A stretch of DNA of 25,011 bases from a virus: the IMG/VR virus record IMGVR_UViG_3300023284_002989; one strand, given 5' to 3'. Shown here in pieces: positions 15,652 to 21,946 of this stretch (the stretch's first letter is position 1; the number at the start of each line of letters is the position of its first letter). A program made the translations under genes and the position numbers. A model generated the notes under the pieces. It ran no database searches. It was not told the DNA's origin and saw only the letters and a program-made list of their open reading frames with translations.

Positions 15652-15875
15652 TGGAGGTTGTCAGGCTTCCGGAGGGCTGGGAGTTCTGTACACCGGAGCA
15701 GGCTCTGTTCCAGCTTCCCAACGGTAATTGGCAGTCGTTTTACTGGTTGCAGGATTCAATTCACACGATGGGCTATATGGAAAGCAAGGACAACGCGCTG
15801 ATGCTCGCCAGAGCGAAGGACAGAGGATTGCCCTTGCGGCGCAGGCGCGGAGCAGAAATTGTGCAGGTAGGATGA
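15651..15875 (+). CDS. hypothetical protein
   Basis: TGATG overlap. 74 aa. No family recognised. Confidence 0.6.
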   Translation: MEVVRLPEGWEFCTPEQALFQLPNGNWQSFYWLQDSIHTMGYMESKDNALMLARAKDRGLPLRRRRGAEIVQVG

Positions 15876-16084
15876 TGCCTAAAAAGTTGGAAAAGTGTCC
15901 CTGTTGCAAGGGCAGCGGAATACGCCCTGAACACCATTCTATTTTGGAGCCGTGTTCCGATCCTGAATCCCACAAGTTGTCGGAGGAAGAGATACAGGAA
16001 GCGATACGAAAGGGGGAGGAAGATTTTCGGAGAGCGTCTTCTGTTCACCCAGCGTTGCGATTGTCTGGAATCTTCTACAAATAA
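15872..16084 (+). CDS. small protein with a DnaJ-type CxxCxGxG motif
   Basis: ATGA overlap at 15872. MMPKKLEKCPCCKGSG... 70 aa. Confidence 0.55.
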   Translation: MMPKKLEKCPCCKGSGIRPEHHSILEPCSDPESHKLSEEEIQEAIRKGEEDFRRASSVHPALRLSGIFYK

Positions 16085-16087
16085 GTG

Positions 16088-16348
16088 ATGACTGAGACTG
16101 ATAAATCGCTGGGCAAGTACATGTTCAGCAGACTCTGGCCTGTGTTGGGCAGAAAGACGCAGCGTTGGGCCATCTACTCGAAGAGTTCTGGCACGGTTCT
16201 CGGAGTAGCCCAATGGTTTGGACGCTGGAGGCAATACTGTTTCGAACCTGCACAGAGCACGATTTTCAACCAGGGCTGTCTCGATGAAATAGCTGGATTC
16301 CTGCGGAACGCCAATGCGGAACACCGTGCAAAGAGGAACGCGGCATGA
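16088..16348 (+). CDS. MTETD-start hypothetical protein
   Basis: ATGACTGAGACTGATAAA start; GTG 16085 is the alternative. 86 aa. W/R-rich (VAQWFGRWRQYCFEP). Confidence 0.6.
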   Translation: MTETDKSLGKYMFSRLWPVLGRKTQRWAIYSKSSGTVLGVAQWFGRWRQYCFEPAQSTIFNQGCLDEIAGFLRNANAEHRAKRNAA

Positions 16349-16539
16349 AAGATGGCGTGATCGGCAAAGTTCCCTGCCCTATCTGTTCTGGAGTGGGTAA
16401 GGAATGCGGAATGTGTGGGGGATTGGGCAGCATGCACAAGATCAAGATCCCCCCTCAACCCGGGTGTCGCAAGTGTGAGAAAGGGCAGTGCACGATGCAC
16501 CCGACATGGGAGTACCAACAGATCGAACAAGAGGCGTGA
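16345..16539 (+). CDS. DnaJ-zinc-finger-like small protein (repeated CxxCxGxG)
   Basis: ATGA overlap. Contains CPICSGVG, CGMCGGLG and CRKCEKGQC. 64 aa. Confidence 0.6.
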   Translation: MKDGVIGKVPCPICSGVGKECGMCGGLGSMHKIKIPPQPGCRKCEKGQCTMHPTWEYQQIEQEA

Positions 16540-16802
16540 TGGACGAGAAGAAACAAGCAGCGTTGAAGGAAAAGCCCAAGAAAGGTGACATTCTTGGTGT
16601 GCATATCAATGCTGTAGGCAGTGGACGCAAAAATGGCAAGACTGTTGTCATTGCATGGGGAGCGTACAAATCCGGGTTTGGTGAACTCACAATCATCACG
16701 GATGCAGAAGGCGATACAAAGATTCGGACAGAGACGATGGGCAAGGACTTTGCCAAGCGGGTGCTCAACAAGCTGATCGACGATGCGGAGGTCACGGAAT
16801 GA
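16539..16802 (+). CDS. hypothetical protein
   Basis: ATG at 16539 (TGATG overlap) in track ORF 16488-16802. Contains an internal copy of the tag-like nucleotide motif GAGACGATGG (16731-16740, ...RTETMGK...). Confidence 0.6.
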   Translation: MDEKKQAALKEKPKKGDILGVHINAVGSGRKNGKTVVIAWGAYKSGFGELTIITDAEGDTKIRTETMGKDFAKRVLNKLIDDAEVTE

Positions 16803-17104
16803 TCACTGCGGCGATGGTGGTGTACGCATTCATCGCGGGGTTTGCAATCAGAGCTATGAAGCCGTTTCCGGATGCATGGACAGATCCTGACTATGGCGAC
16901 GGGGACATAAGTGATGCGTCCCTGTCGATTTTCTTTGGGCTGGTGTGGCCAGTGACAGGACTGGGCTATTGTCTCTGGTGTTTGCACAAGAGTTGGAAGA
17001 ACAGCGTTGGTAAGTGGCATGCGGCTGAAAAGGAAAACGTACGACTCAAGAAGCGTGTCGAACAACTGGAGACGGGACTTTTGAAGGGTGAGGGAATCGA
17101 GTGA
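16799..17104 (+). CDS. membrane protein (2 predicted TM) with coiled-coil tail
   Basis: ATGA overlap. Hydrophobic stretches MITAAMVVYAFIAGFAI and LSIFFGLVWPVTGLGYCLWCL, then ENVRLKKRVEQLETGLL. Confidence 0.6.
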   Translation: MITAAMVVYAFIAGFAIRAMKPFPDAWTDPDYGDGDISDASLSIFFGLVWPVTGLGYCLWCLHKSWKNSVGKWHAAEKENVRLKKRVEQLETGLLKGEGIE

Positions 17105-17313
17105 AGTACGGTAAGTTCAGCAAAGATCCGTGGAGGGCGATGCCACCGTTTGCAACGCAAGAGCAGGCGTTTCTGTATGCTCTGAAGAGCTTCAAGGAGA
17201 TCGGATACGGGCGCATGATGCAGCTCATTCAGGGGGAATGGGCACGCATGCTCATGGACAGTGGCATGGATGAAGAGACAGCACGTAGGGGTGCGAAAAT
17301 CGACGTGACCTGA
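17101..17313 (+). CDS. hypothetical protein
   Basis: GTGA overlap. 70 aa. Confidence 0.55.
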   Translation: MKYGKFSKDPWRAMPPFATQEQAFLYALKSFKEIGYGRMMQLIQGEWARMLMDSGMDEETARRGAKIDVT

Positions 17314-17669
17314 TGAGTGACATTCACACATTCGTTGTGACGGCGAACAAGGATCGCACCGAGATTGGCATGGGTGGGCCTGATTTGCCGCAGATGTACA
17401 AGAGCGTTGATGACGAGGACATGGAGCTGATCGCCACATTCACTGCGGCTGAGAAGGATGCCAGGAGGATCTTCGACTCTCTGCGAGATACCCTGCGTGA
17501 TGAGATGTATCCAGCTGACGACGATCTTCTCCGCAAGTACGGACATCACGCCAAGGATTGCAAGATTGAAGCAAGCAGGTTTACCAACTCTTTCAAGGAC
17601 AAATACCACCAGCGCCCTCTGGGGCCAGAGTGCACCTGCGGTTGGGACAAGATCAAAGAGGCACTTTGA
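17313..17669 (+). CDS. hypothetical protein
   Basis: TGATG overlap. 118 aa. Its C-terminal KIEASRFTNSFKDKYH is repeated in the next gene. Confidence 0.6.
   Translation: MSDIHTFVVTANKDRTEIGMGGPDLPQMYKSVDDEDMELIATFTAAEKDARRIFDSLRDTLRDEMYPADDDLLRKYGHHAKDCKIEASRFTNSFKDKYHQRPLGPECTCGWDKIKEAL
17562..17609 (+). repeat. 48-nt direct repeat, copy 1 (KIEASRFTNSFKDKYH)
   Basis: 39 of 48 nt identical to 17759-17806 by hand alignment. Both copies are in frame in adjacent genes. Confidence 0.7.
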
Positions 17670-18028
17670 TGGCATACACGACCTTTCCTGCGGATCGGGT
17701 CTCTGGGTTGGCAGAGACCATCAACGAGATCACAGACAGCATCAGCGGCATTGATGAGAAGATCGAAGCGAGCAAGTTCACCAATCCTTTCAAAGACAAA
17801 TATCATTGGGGTGTTTACGAGAACTGGCCTGTGGGGTCTGTTTGCCGCCTGTTGTGGGCAAGCAAATTGTCGGAAGTTGCCAGGAGATGTGAAATCTTCG
17901 AGCACCGTCTTCTCGTACACAGTGGGCACGTTGTCGGGATCAAATGGGAAGACAATGGACAGGCAGAATGGTGGACTGCTGCCAAGGTGCACGCTGTGCT
18001 GGCAACACCAGAGGTGATGGAACTGTGA
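17669..18028 (+). CDS. PVG-family protein #5, N-terminally extended (EVMEL tag)
   Basis: ATG at 17669 (TGATG overlap). YENWPVGSVCRL...IKWEDNGQAEWWTAAKVHAVLATPEVMEL. Confidence 0.6.
   Translation: MAYTTFPADRVSGLAETINEITDSISGIDEKIEASKFTNPFKDKYHWGVYENWPVGSVCRLLWASKLSEVARRCEIFEHRLLVHSGHVVGIKWEDNGQAEWWTAAKVHAVLATPEVMEL
17759..17806 (+). repeat. 48-nt direct repeat, copy 2 (KIEASKFTNPFKDKYH)
   Basis: See 17562-17609. Confidence 0.7.
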
Positions 18029-18246
18029 TGCCGAAGCAGGAGGAATACCCAATTGGCAATGTGTGTCCGGTACTTGATCGTTGGGGTAGTCTGCGAACAC
18101 ATGTTCCTTTGCAGTGCTACGGAGATGTTTCGAAGAAGATGGAGCAACTGTCCAGCACGATCTCTGTGTGGATGAAGGTGTGCCAGAACTGTGGAGGTGT
18201 GTACGCCGAGACGTTTGACCAGGGGCGCGAAACAATGGATTTATAA
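18028..18246 (+). CDS. small Cys protein with ETMDL C-terminal tag
   Basis: ATG at 18028 (TGATG overlap) in track ORF 17944-18246. Contains CQNCGG. Ends ...DQGRETMDL-TAA; the codons GAA ACA ATG GAT TTA contain no GGAG. Confidence 0.6.
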   Translation: MPKQEEYPIGNVCPVLDRWGSLRTHVPLQCYGDVSKKMEQLSSTISVWMKVCQNCGGVYAETFDQGRETMDL

Positions 18247-18250
18247 CGCG

Positions 18251-18451
18251 GTGCCCGTGTCTGAGTCCTACGAACCCTGCAACTGCGGGGGAGAGTGTTA
18301 TGCGTACTACACCCCTCCGCTGTCTGCTGAGCCGTGCTGGGGCCAGTGTGAGATGGTGGTTGATGATGAAGACGGGTTTATCCACGCATGCCAGGGGCAC
18401 TACGACGCCTATGGTGGCAGTGGTCCGTACGAGAAGGAAGAAACAGCTTGA
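18251..18451 (+). CDS. small Cys-rich protein
   Basis: GTG at 18251 (or 18257), just after the upstream TAA; the track start at 18191 would overlap by 56 nt. Contains CNCGGEC ... CWGQC ... ACQGH. Confidence 0.5.
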   Translation: MPVSESYEPCNCGGECYAYYTPPLSAEPCWGQCEMVVDDEDGFIHACQGHYDAYGGSGPYEKEETA

Positions 18452-18693
18452 CAGACCGTTTCATTCCGTTTTCCGAGCTGTGGGCCGAATGCGAGCGCAT
18501 GGCCGACGAGATCCTGGAGCAAGAGGATCGATACCGAAAAGGCTTCGAGCGGATGCACTGGCAAATCTACAACGCTAGCCTGAGCCGGGAACCGCCTGTT
18601 TGCACCTGCAGAGACTGCCAGGTGACCATGTATGAAGGTGGCCGGGCTGATCGGCCTGTTGTGGTAGGCTTGTCGCGTGTCCCACAAGAATGA
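18448..18693 (+). CDS. hypothetical protein
   Basis: TTG at 18448 overlaps the upstream TGA (TTGA); the start is uncertain. Contains CTCRDC. 81 aa. Confidence 0.45.
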   Translation: MTDRFIPFSELWAECERMADEILEQEDRYRKGFERMHWQIYNASLSREPPVCTCRDCQVTMYEGGRADRPVVVGLSRVPQE

Positions 18694-18895
18694 ACTGCAC
18701 TTTACGCTCAGAGAGGAATTCTCTGAGGACGGGATCTTCTCAGCGTGGGTGATCAAGGACCATGATGTAGGTCTTGTCACGCAGGGTGATTCGGTCGAAG
18801 ACGCGTTGCGTGCGATTGCTTCTATGCGGGAAGCCCACCGTCGATGGAAAGATCGGTTGGAGGAAGAAAAGCGTAGGGGTGTGAATGCGAACTAG
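18677..18895 (+). CDS. HicB-like (UPF0150-type) antitoxin-fold protein
   Basis: GTG start. EDGIFSAWVIKDHDVGLVTQGDSVEDALRAIASMREAH resembles the remembered HicB N-domain pattern (GGY.A.VPdlPGc.TQGdT.EEAl.n..EA). No HicA-like neighbour. Confidence 0.5.
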   Translation: MSHKNELHFTLREEFSEDGIFSAWVIKDHDVGLVTQGDSVEDALRAIASMREAHRRWKDRLEEEKRRGVNAN

Positions 18896-18910
18896 GGTAG
18901 GTTGTGTTCC

Positions 18911-19150
18911 ATGCGATGCAAGATGCAGTTGAATCGGAAGTTGACGGTCGAGCAGGCTTTTGCCAAGGACGGCAAGCCGACCGTGGAGTTGGAGTTCACG
19001 CCTGTCATCGGGGGTGGAGACGAGAACGAATCGTTCTTCGCATCTACACCGTCTGGGGAACTTCGCCTGCAGGTGGTGAATCTCGATGCCGTCAAAGATC
19101 TGAAGGCTGGCAAGTCGTACTACATCGATTTCACCGAAGCGCCCGAGTGA
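18911..19150 (+). CDS. hypothetical protein
   Basis: ATG at 18911; TTG 18902 and ATG 18923 are alternatives. Beta-rich-looking (ELRLQVVNLDAVKDLKAGKSYYIDF). Confidence 0.5.
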   Translation: MRCKMQLNRKLTVEQAFAKDGKPTVELEFTPVIGGGDENESFFASTPSGELRLQVVNLDAVKDLKAGKSYYIDFTEAPE

Positions 19151-19190
19151 TGCCTGAGAAAAGCAAGAATCCTTGGGATTAAGTTTTCTC

Positions 19191-19220
19191 TTGCAATCTA
19201 GTTTGTGGGGGTGGTAGGGT
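19191..19220 (+). promoter_or_regulatory. conserved promoter cassette, copy P4
   Basis: TTTTCTC then -35 TTGCAA, 18-nt spacer ending GTGG, -10 TAGGGT (19215-19220). ATG at 19227, 6 nt past the -10. An imperfect hairpin at 19156-19190 lies upstream. Confidence 0.6.
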
Positions 19221-19240
19221 GTAGGTATGGGACTACGACT

Positions 19241-19567
19241 GTGAAGCGAGAAGACGGATTCAGGGAGATCCCGCAACCCGTGTTCACGTACACGTGCAAC
19301 GGGTGTGAGAAGAAGCTGACTGCAGGTGATGATGAGATCATTCCCATCAACCACCGATTCGGGTATGGCTCTCGATGCGATCTTGACGAGTACGACCTGC
19401 ATCTGTGTGAAGATTGCTTTTTCGACAAGGTGTTGCCGGTTATGAAGATCAAGCCCGATGTCCGCGAGTACATCATCGGAGAGGGTTCGACCGATGTCAT
19501 CCCGATGAAGCAGGCAATCGGGATCGCGAATATGGTGAACAAAATGCGTGAGGAAGGCACCAAGTGA
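19241..19567 (+). CDS. Cys-containing hypothetical protein
   Basis: GTG at 19241 was chosen because track start 19205 lies inside promoter P4. Contains CNGCEKK ... HLCEDC. 108 aa. The start is uncertain. Confidence 0.5.
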   Translation: MKREDGFREIPQPVFTYTCNGCEKKLTAGDDEIIPINHRFGYGSRCDLDEYDLHLCEDCFFDKVLPVMKIKPDVREYIIGEGSTDVIPMKQAIGIANMVNKMREEGTK

Positions 19568-19653
19568 ATGTTCCTGATTTGATCATCATGTTCTGTCTGG
19601 GTCTCAATGCCGGGATCGGCATAATGATGTGGGCACAACCGAAGAAAACCTGA
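19564..19653 (+). CDS. 29-aa hydrophobic peptide (1 predicted TM)
   Basis: Not in the track. GTGA overlap upstream and TGATG overlap downstream. MNVPDLIIMFCLGLNAGIGIMMWAQPKKT. Confidence 0.4.
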   Translation: MNVPDLIIMFCLGLNAGIGIMMWAQPKKT

Positions 19654-19844
19654 TGTCTGACGCCAGGCAGTATTCAGAGACTGAGGGGACGTTCAGAAAA
19701 GAGGAAGAGTCCACTCGCAAATGTCACCAATGTGACGCTGTCATGACCTGCAAGATCTGGGAGTCCAACGATGGAGGTTACGAGGACACCAAGTACACAT
19801 GTCCGAAGGGACATATCGAGTGGGTAGATGGGATTGACTCATGA
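19653..19844 (+). CDS. small zinc-ribbon-like protein
   Basis: ATG at 19653 (TGATG). The alternative GTG at 19629 would give MGTTEENL. Contains CHQCDAVMTC ... CPKGH. Confidence 0.55.
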   Translation: MSDARQYSETEGTFRKEEESTRKCHQCDAVMTCKIWESNDGGYEDTKYTCPKGHIEWVDGIDS

Positions 19845-20056
19845 TTGATCTGATCGTTCTGTCCTGGCTGGTGACGCAGATCGTCTTCATCGTTCTCAAA
19901 GCGGTGGGCAATCTCGATTGGTCATGGCTCTGGGTGTTGTCACCATTCTGGATGCCTGTTGGGTTGGTTGTGGGGCTGTACATCGTTTTGGGGATCATCA
20001 ACATCCCCATCATCATGTGGGCCAACCACAAGCGCAAAAAGAAGCTGGGGTTCTGA
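19841..20056 (+). CDS. small membrane protein (2-3 predicted TM), holin-sized
   Basis: ATGA overlap. MIDLIVLSWLVTQIVFIVL ... WLWVLSPFWMPVGLVVGLYIVLGIINIPIIMW, then a KRKKK tail. Confidence 0.6.
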   Translation: MIDLIVLSWLVTQIVFIVLKAVGNLDWSWLWVLSPFWMPVGLVVGLYIVLGIINIPIIMWANHKRKKKLGF

Positions 20057-20238
20057 TGCCTGATGTGGACAAGGCCGATGGTATCTGCAGGCACTGTGGA
20101 GGGGAAGTTCCAGTCACGAACACCAACCAGTTCTTCTGCAGCGAACCATGCCGCAGAGAAGGCTACCTCGCGCACTACGGAGAGTTGAAAAAGAGACGCG
20201 AAGCAGAGAAGAGGAAACGAGATGCCCAACAAAAGTAA
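20056..20238 (+). CDS. small zinc-binding protein (CxxC ... FCSxxC)
   Basis: ATG at 20056 (TGATG). Contains ICRHCGG...FFCSEPCRREGY followed by a basic tail. 60 aa. Confidence 0.55.
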   Translation: MPDVDKADGICRHCGGEVPVTNTNQFFCSEPCRREGYLAHYGELKKRREAEKRKRDAQQK

Positions 20239-20431
20239 CCTGAGAGAAGAGATTCGTGCAGGTATTCGACAAGGATTCGAACCTCTGCGAAAGTTTGTGA
20301 CGATGATGCAAGAACTTACTCGTCACCAGGAGGAAGTTAACCAGAAACTTCAGGCACCCAAGGAAGAGCCAGATGCGGTGATTCAGCGTGACGGCAAGGT
20401 CATTGAATTTCCGCTGCAAAAGAAGGATTGA
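20222..20431 (+). CDS. hypothetical protein
   Basis: ATG with a 17-nt overlap on the upstream gene. 69 aa, helical-looking. Confidence 0.5.
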   Translation: MPNKSNLREEIRAGIRQGFEPLRKFVTMMQELTRHQEEVNQKLQAPKEEPDAVIQRDGKVIEFPLQKKD

Positions 20432-20820
20432 TGAAAAAAGAGAAGCCCATCAAGGTCGTCCCGTCAAAGGGACGCAGGCACAAGACTGAGACTCGGATAT
20501 TTGCGCGGAATATCAGAGAACTCTTCTGCCGACAGCCGGGTTGCAAGTTCAAAGGCAAGCATGCGGCGCAGGGCGTGTGCCACACAACCGATACGTTTGC
20601 AGGCGGGGCCGACTGGAAACACATGGATGCGGCCTTTGAATTGGGGAAGAAGGCCACGGACGAGGTGCGGCGCATTCTCCGGGGCAACTCTGCCAAGCAC
20701 AAGATCGACTATCTGTTGGCGATGCACGAATCGTACTGGGTCAACAATGTATTCCATCTAGACGAGATGGTGCGCCTGCGGCGCGAGAACGCTTTGCTGA
20801 AGAGGAAGTTGAACAAATGA
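20431..20820 (+). CDS. hypothetical basic protein with C-terminal coiled coil
   Basis: ATG at 20431 (TGATG). 129 aa. Ends in LDEMVRLRRENALLKRKLNK. Confidence 0.6.
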   Translation: MKKEKPIKVVPSKGRRHKTETRIFARNIRELFCRQPGCKFKGKHAAQGVCHTTDTFAGGADWKHMDAAFELGKKATDEVRRILRGNSAKHKIDYLLAMHESYWVNNVFHLDEMVRLRRENALLKRKLNK

Positions 20821-20936
20821 TTGGATTTTGGACAGTAATGGAACTGGTGTGGCATGTCTTCGCCGTGGTTGGGGTTGTGTCCACGTCAATGTGGGTCTAT
20901 CGAATAGTTCGATATTTCCCAACAGGTCCAGCGTGA
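20817..20936 (+). CDS. 39-aa hydrophobic peptide (1 predicted TM)
   Basis: Not in the track. ATGA overlap upstream and GTGA overlap downstream. MIGFWTVMELVWHVFAVVGVVSTSMWVY. Competes with the 5' part of track ORF 20828-21160. Confidence 0.4.
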   Translation: MIGFWTVMELVWHVFAVVGVVSTSMWVYRIVRYFPTGPA

Positions 20937-21160
20937 ACGTGGGTTTCAACGCGACTATAATTCGACGATGGGGTGGCTCCTGGTGGGCGAGGCTTTGGAA
21001 GCCTACCCGTCACGTCAACCTTGGCGAGAAGTTCTCCATCATCGTGCGAATCGACGGTGATTACACCAATATTCAGGTCCAGGGCTACACCGACAAAGAC
21101 GGGAAGCGAACGCTGACGCTTGATGCTGGGGGTGCGACCCGCTACAAATTGCACAAATGA
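20933..21160 (+). CDS. hypothetical protein
   Basis: GTG at 20933 in the frame of track ORF 20828-21160. 75 aa. The start is uncertain. Confidence 0.5.
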   Translation: MNVGFNATIIRRWGGSWWARLWKPTRHVNLGEKFSIIVRIDGDYTNIQVQGYTDKDGKRTLTLDAGGATRYKLHK

Positions 21161-21384
21161 AGCTGGAGGAAAAGTCACGTATCCACTACCGGGAGGCCCG
21201 CAACACGGACGCCCCCGCACCCGACTGGCTCGTCAAGATGATGGTGCTCTATGGCGAGATGATTCAGTCCGAGTGCTCCGGGGTGGTTTATGACATCGGG
21301 CTCAAGTACAGGGAGAAGCACTACGCACAGGAGGAGAACGTCGCGGACGAGTGTGAGGCGGCGATTCTGGAGTTGTACAAATGA
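21157..21384 (+). CDS. hypothetical protein
   Basis: ATGA overlap. 75 aa. Confidence 0.6.
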   Translation: MKLEEKSRIHYREARNTDAPAPDWLVKMMVLYGEMIQSECSGVVYDIGLKYREKHYAQEENVADECEAAILELYK

Positions 21385-21644
21385 GCACCACTGTATTGAA
21401 ACCCGGTGATCCCGTGGTGTTCGACGACCAGGCGTTCGAGGTCGTGGCCGTTTTTCCCAACGGGACGTGCAACCTCGCGAACTACAAGGACTGCGTTTTG
21501 GTGTGTGACGCGCCGATAGACCGGGTCAAGCCGCTGAAAGTGAGCAAGTTTTGGAAAATAAACGATGCAGTCATAACGGCTGTTTTCGTGGTGCTGGCGA
21601 GCATCGGCATCGCGGGTGGCATCGACTGGCTTTTGCACAAATGA
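21381..21644 (+). CDS. hypothetical protein with C-terminal TM helix
   Basis: ATGA overlap. C-terminal AVITAVFVVLASIGIAGGIDWLL. Confidence 0.6.
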   Translation: MSTTVLKPGDPVVFDDQAFEVVAVFPNGTCNLANYKDCVLVCDAPIDRVKPLKVSKFWKINDAVITAVFVVLASIGIAGGIDWLLHK

Positions 21645-21946
21645 GCGGGGTTTGTGCAAAATGTGGGCAGACTCACGAGCGGACGCCATGCCCGAAATTT
21701 CCGCCAGGATTTGGTGATACAACGAGCCTGCGCAAGCGACTGGATGCTGCTGAGGAAGCCCTGGCCTTCTACGCAAACCCCGAGACGTACATTGCCATTG
21801 GCTTCTTCCCAGATCCGCCCTGTGGTGAATTCATGGACGACTTCAGTGACGCGCCGATGCCGGAATACGGACTGACTGGGCACCGACCTGGCAAGCTTGC
21901 GCGAGAGTATTTCGCTGAGCACTTTCCAACAAAAGAGACGGAATGA
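21641..21946 (+). CDS. hypothetical protein (N-terminal CxxC)
   Basis: ATGA overlap at 21641 in track ORF 21551-21946. MSGVCAKCGQTHERTPCP...ALAFYANPETY. 101 aa. Confidence 0.6.
   Translation: MSGVCAKCGQTHERTPCPKFPPGFGDTTSLRKRLDAAEEALAFYANPETYIAIGFFPDPPCGEFMDDFSDAPMPEYGLTGHRPGKLAREYFAEHFPTKETE

Noticed and set aside
17546-18400. 284-aa minus-strand ORF
   Set aside because: It is antisense to five tightly coupled + strand genes, including tagged family members. No motifs are recognisable. Treated as a shadow ORF.
20828-21160. Track ORF of 110 aa starting at TTG 20828
   Set aside because: Its 5' third overlaps, in another frame, a 39-aa ORF with a clean TM helix and ATGA/GTGA coupling at both ends. 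I split the region into 20817-20936 plus 20933-21160, with only moderate confidence.
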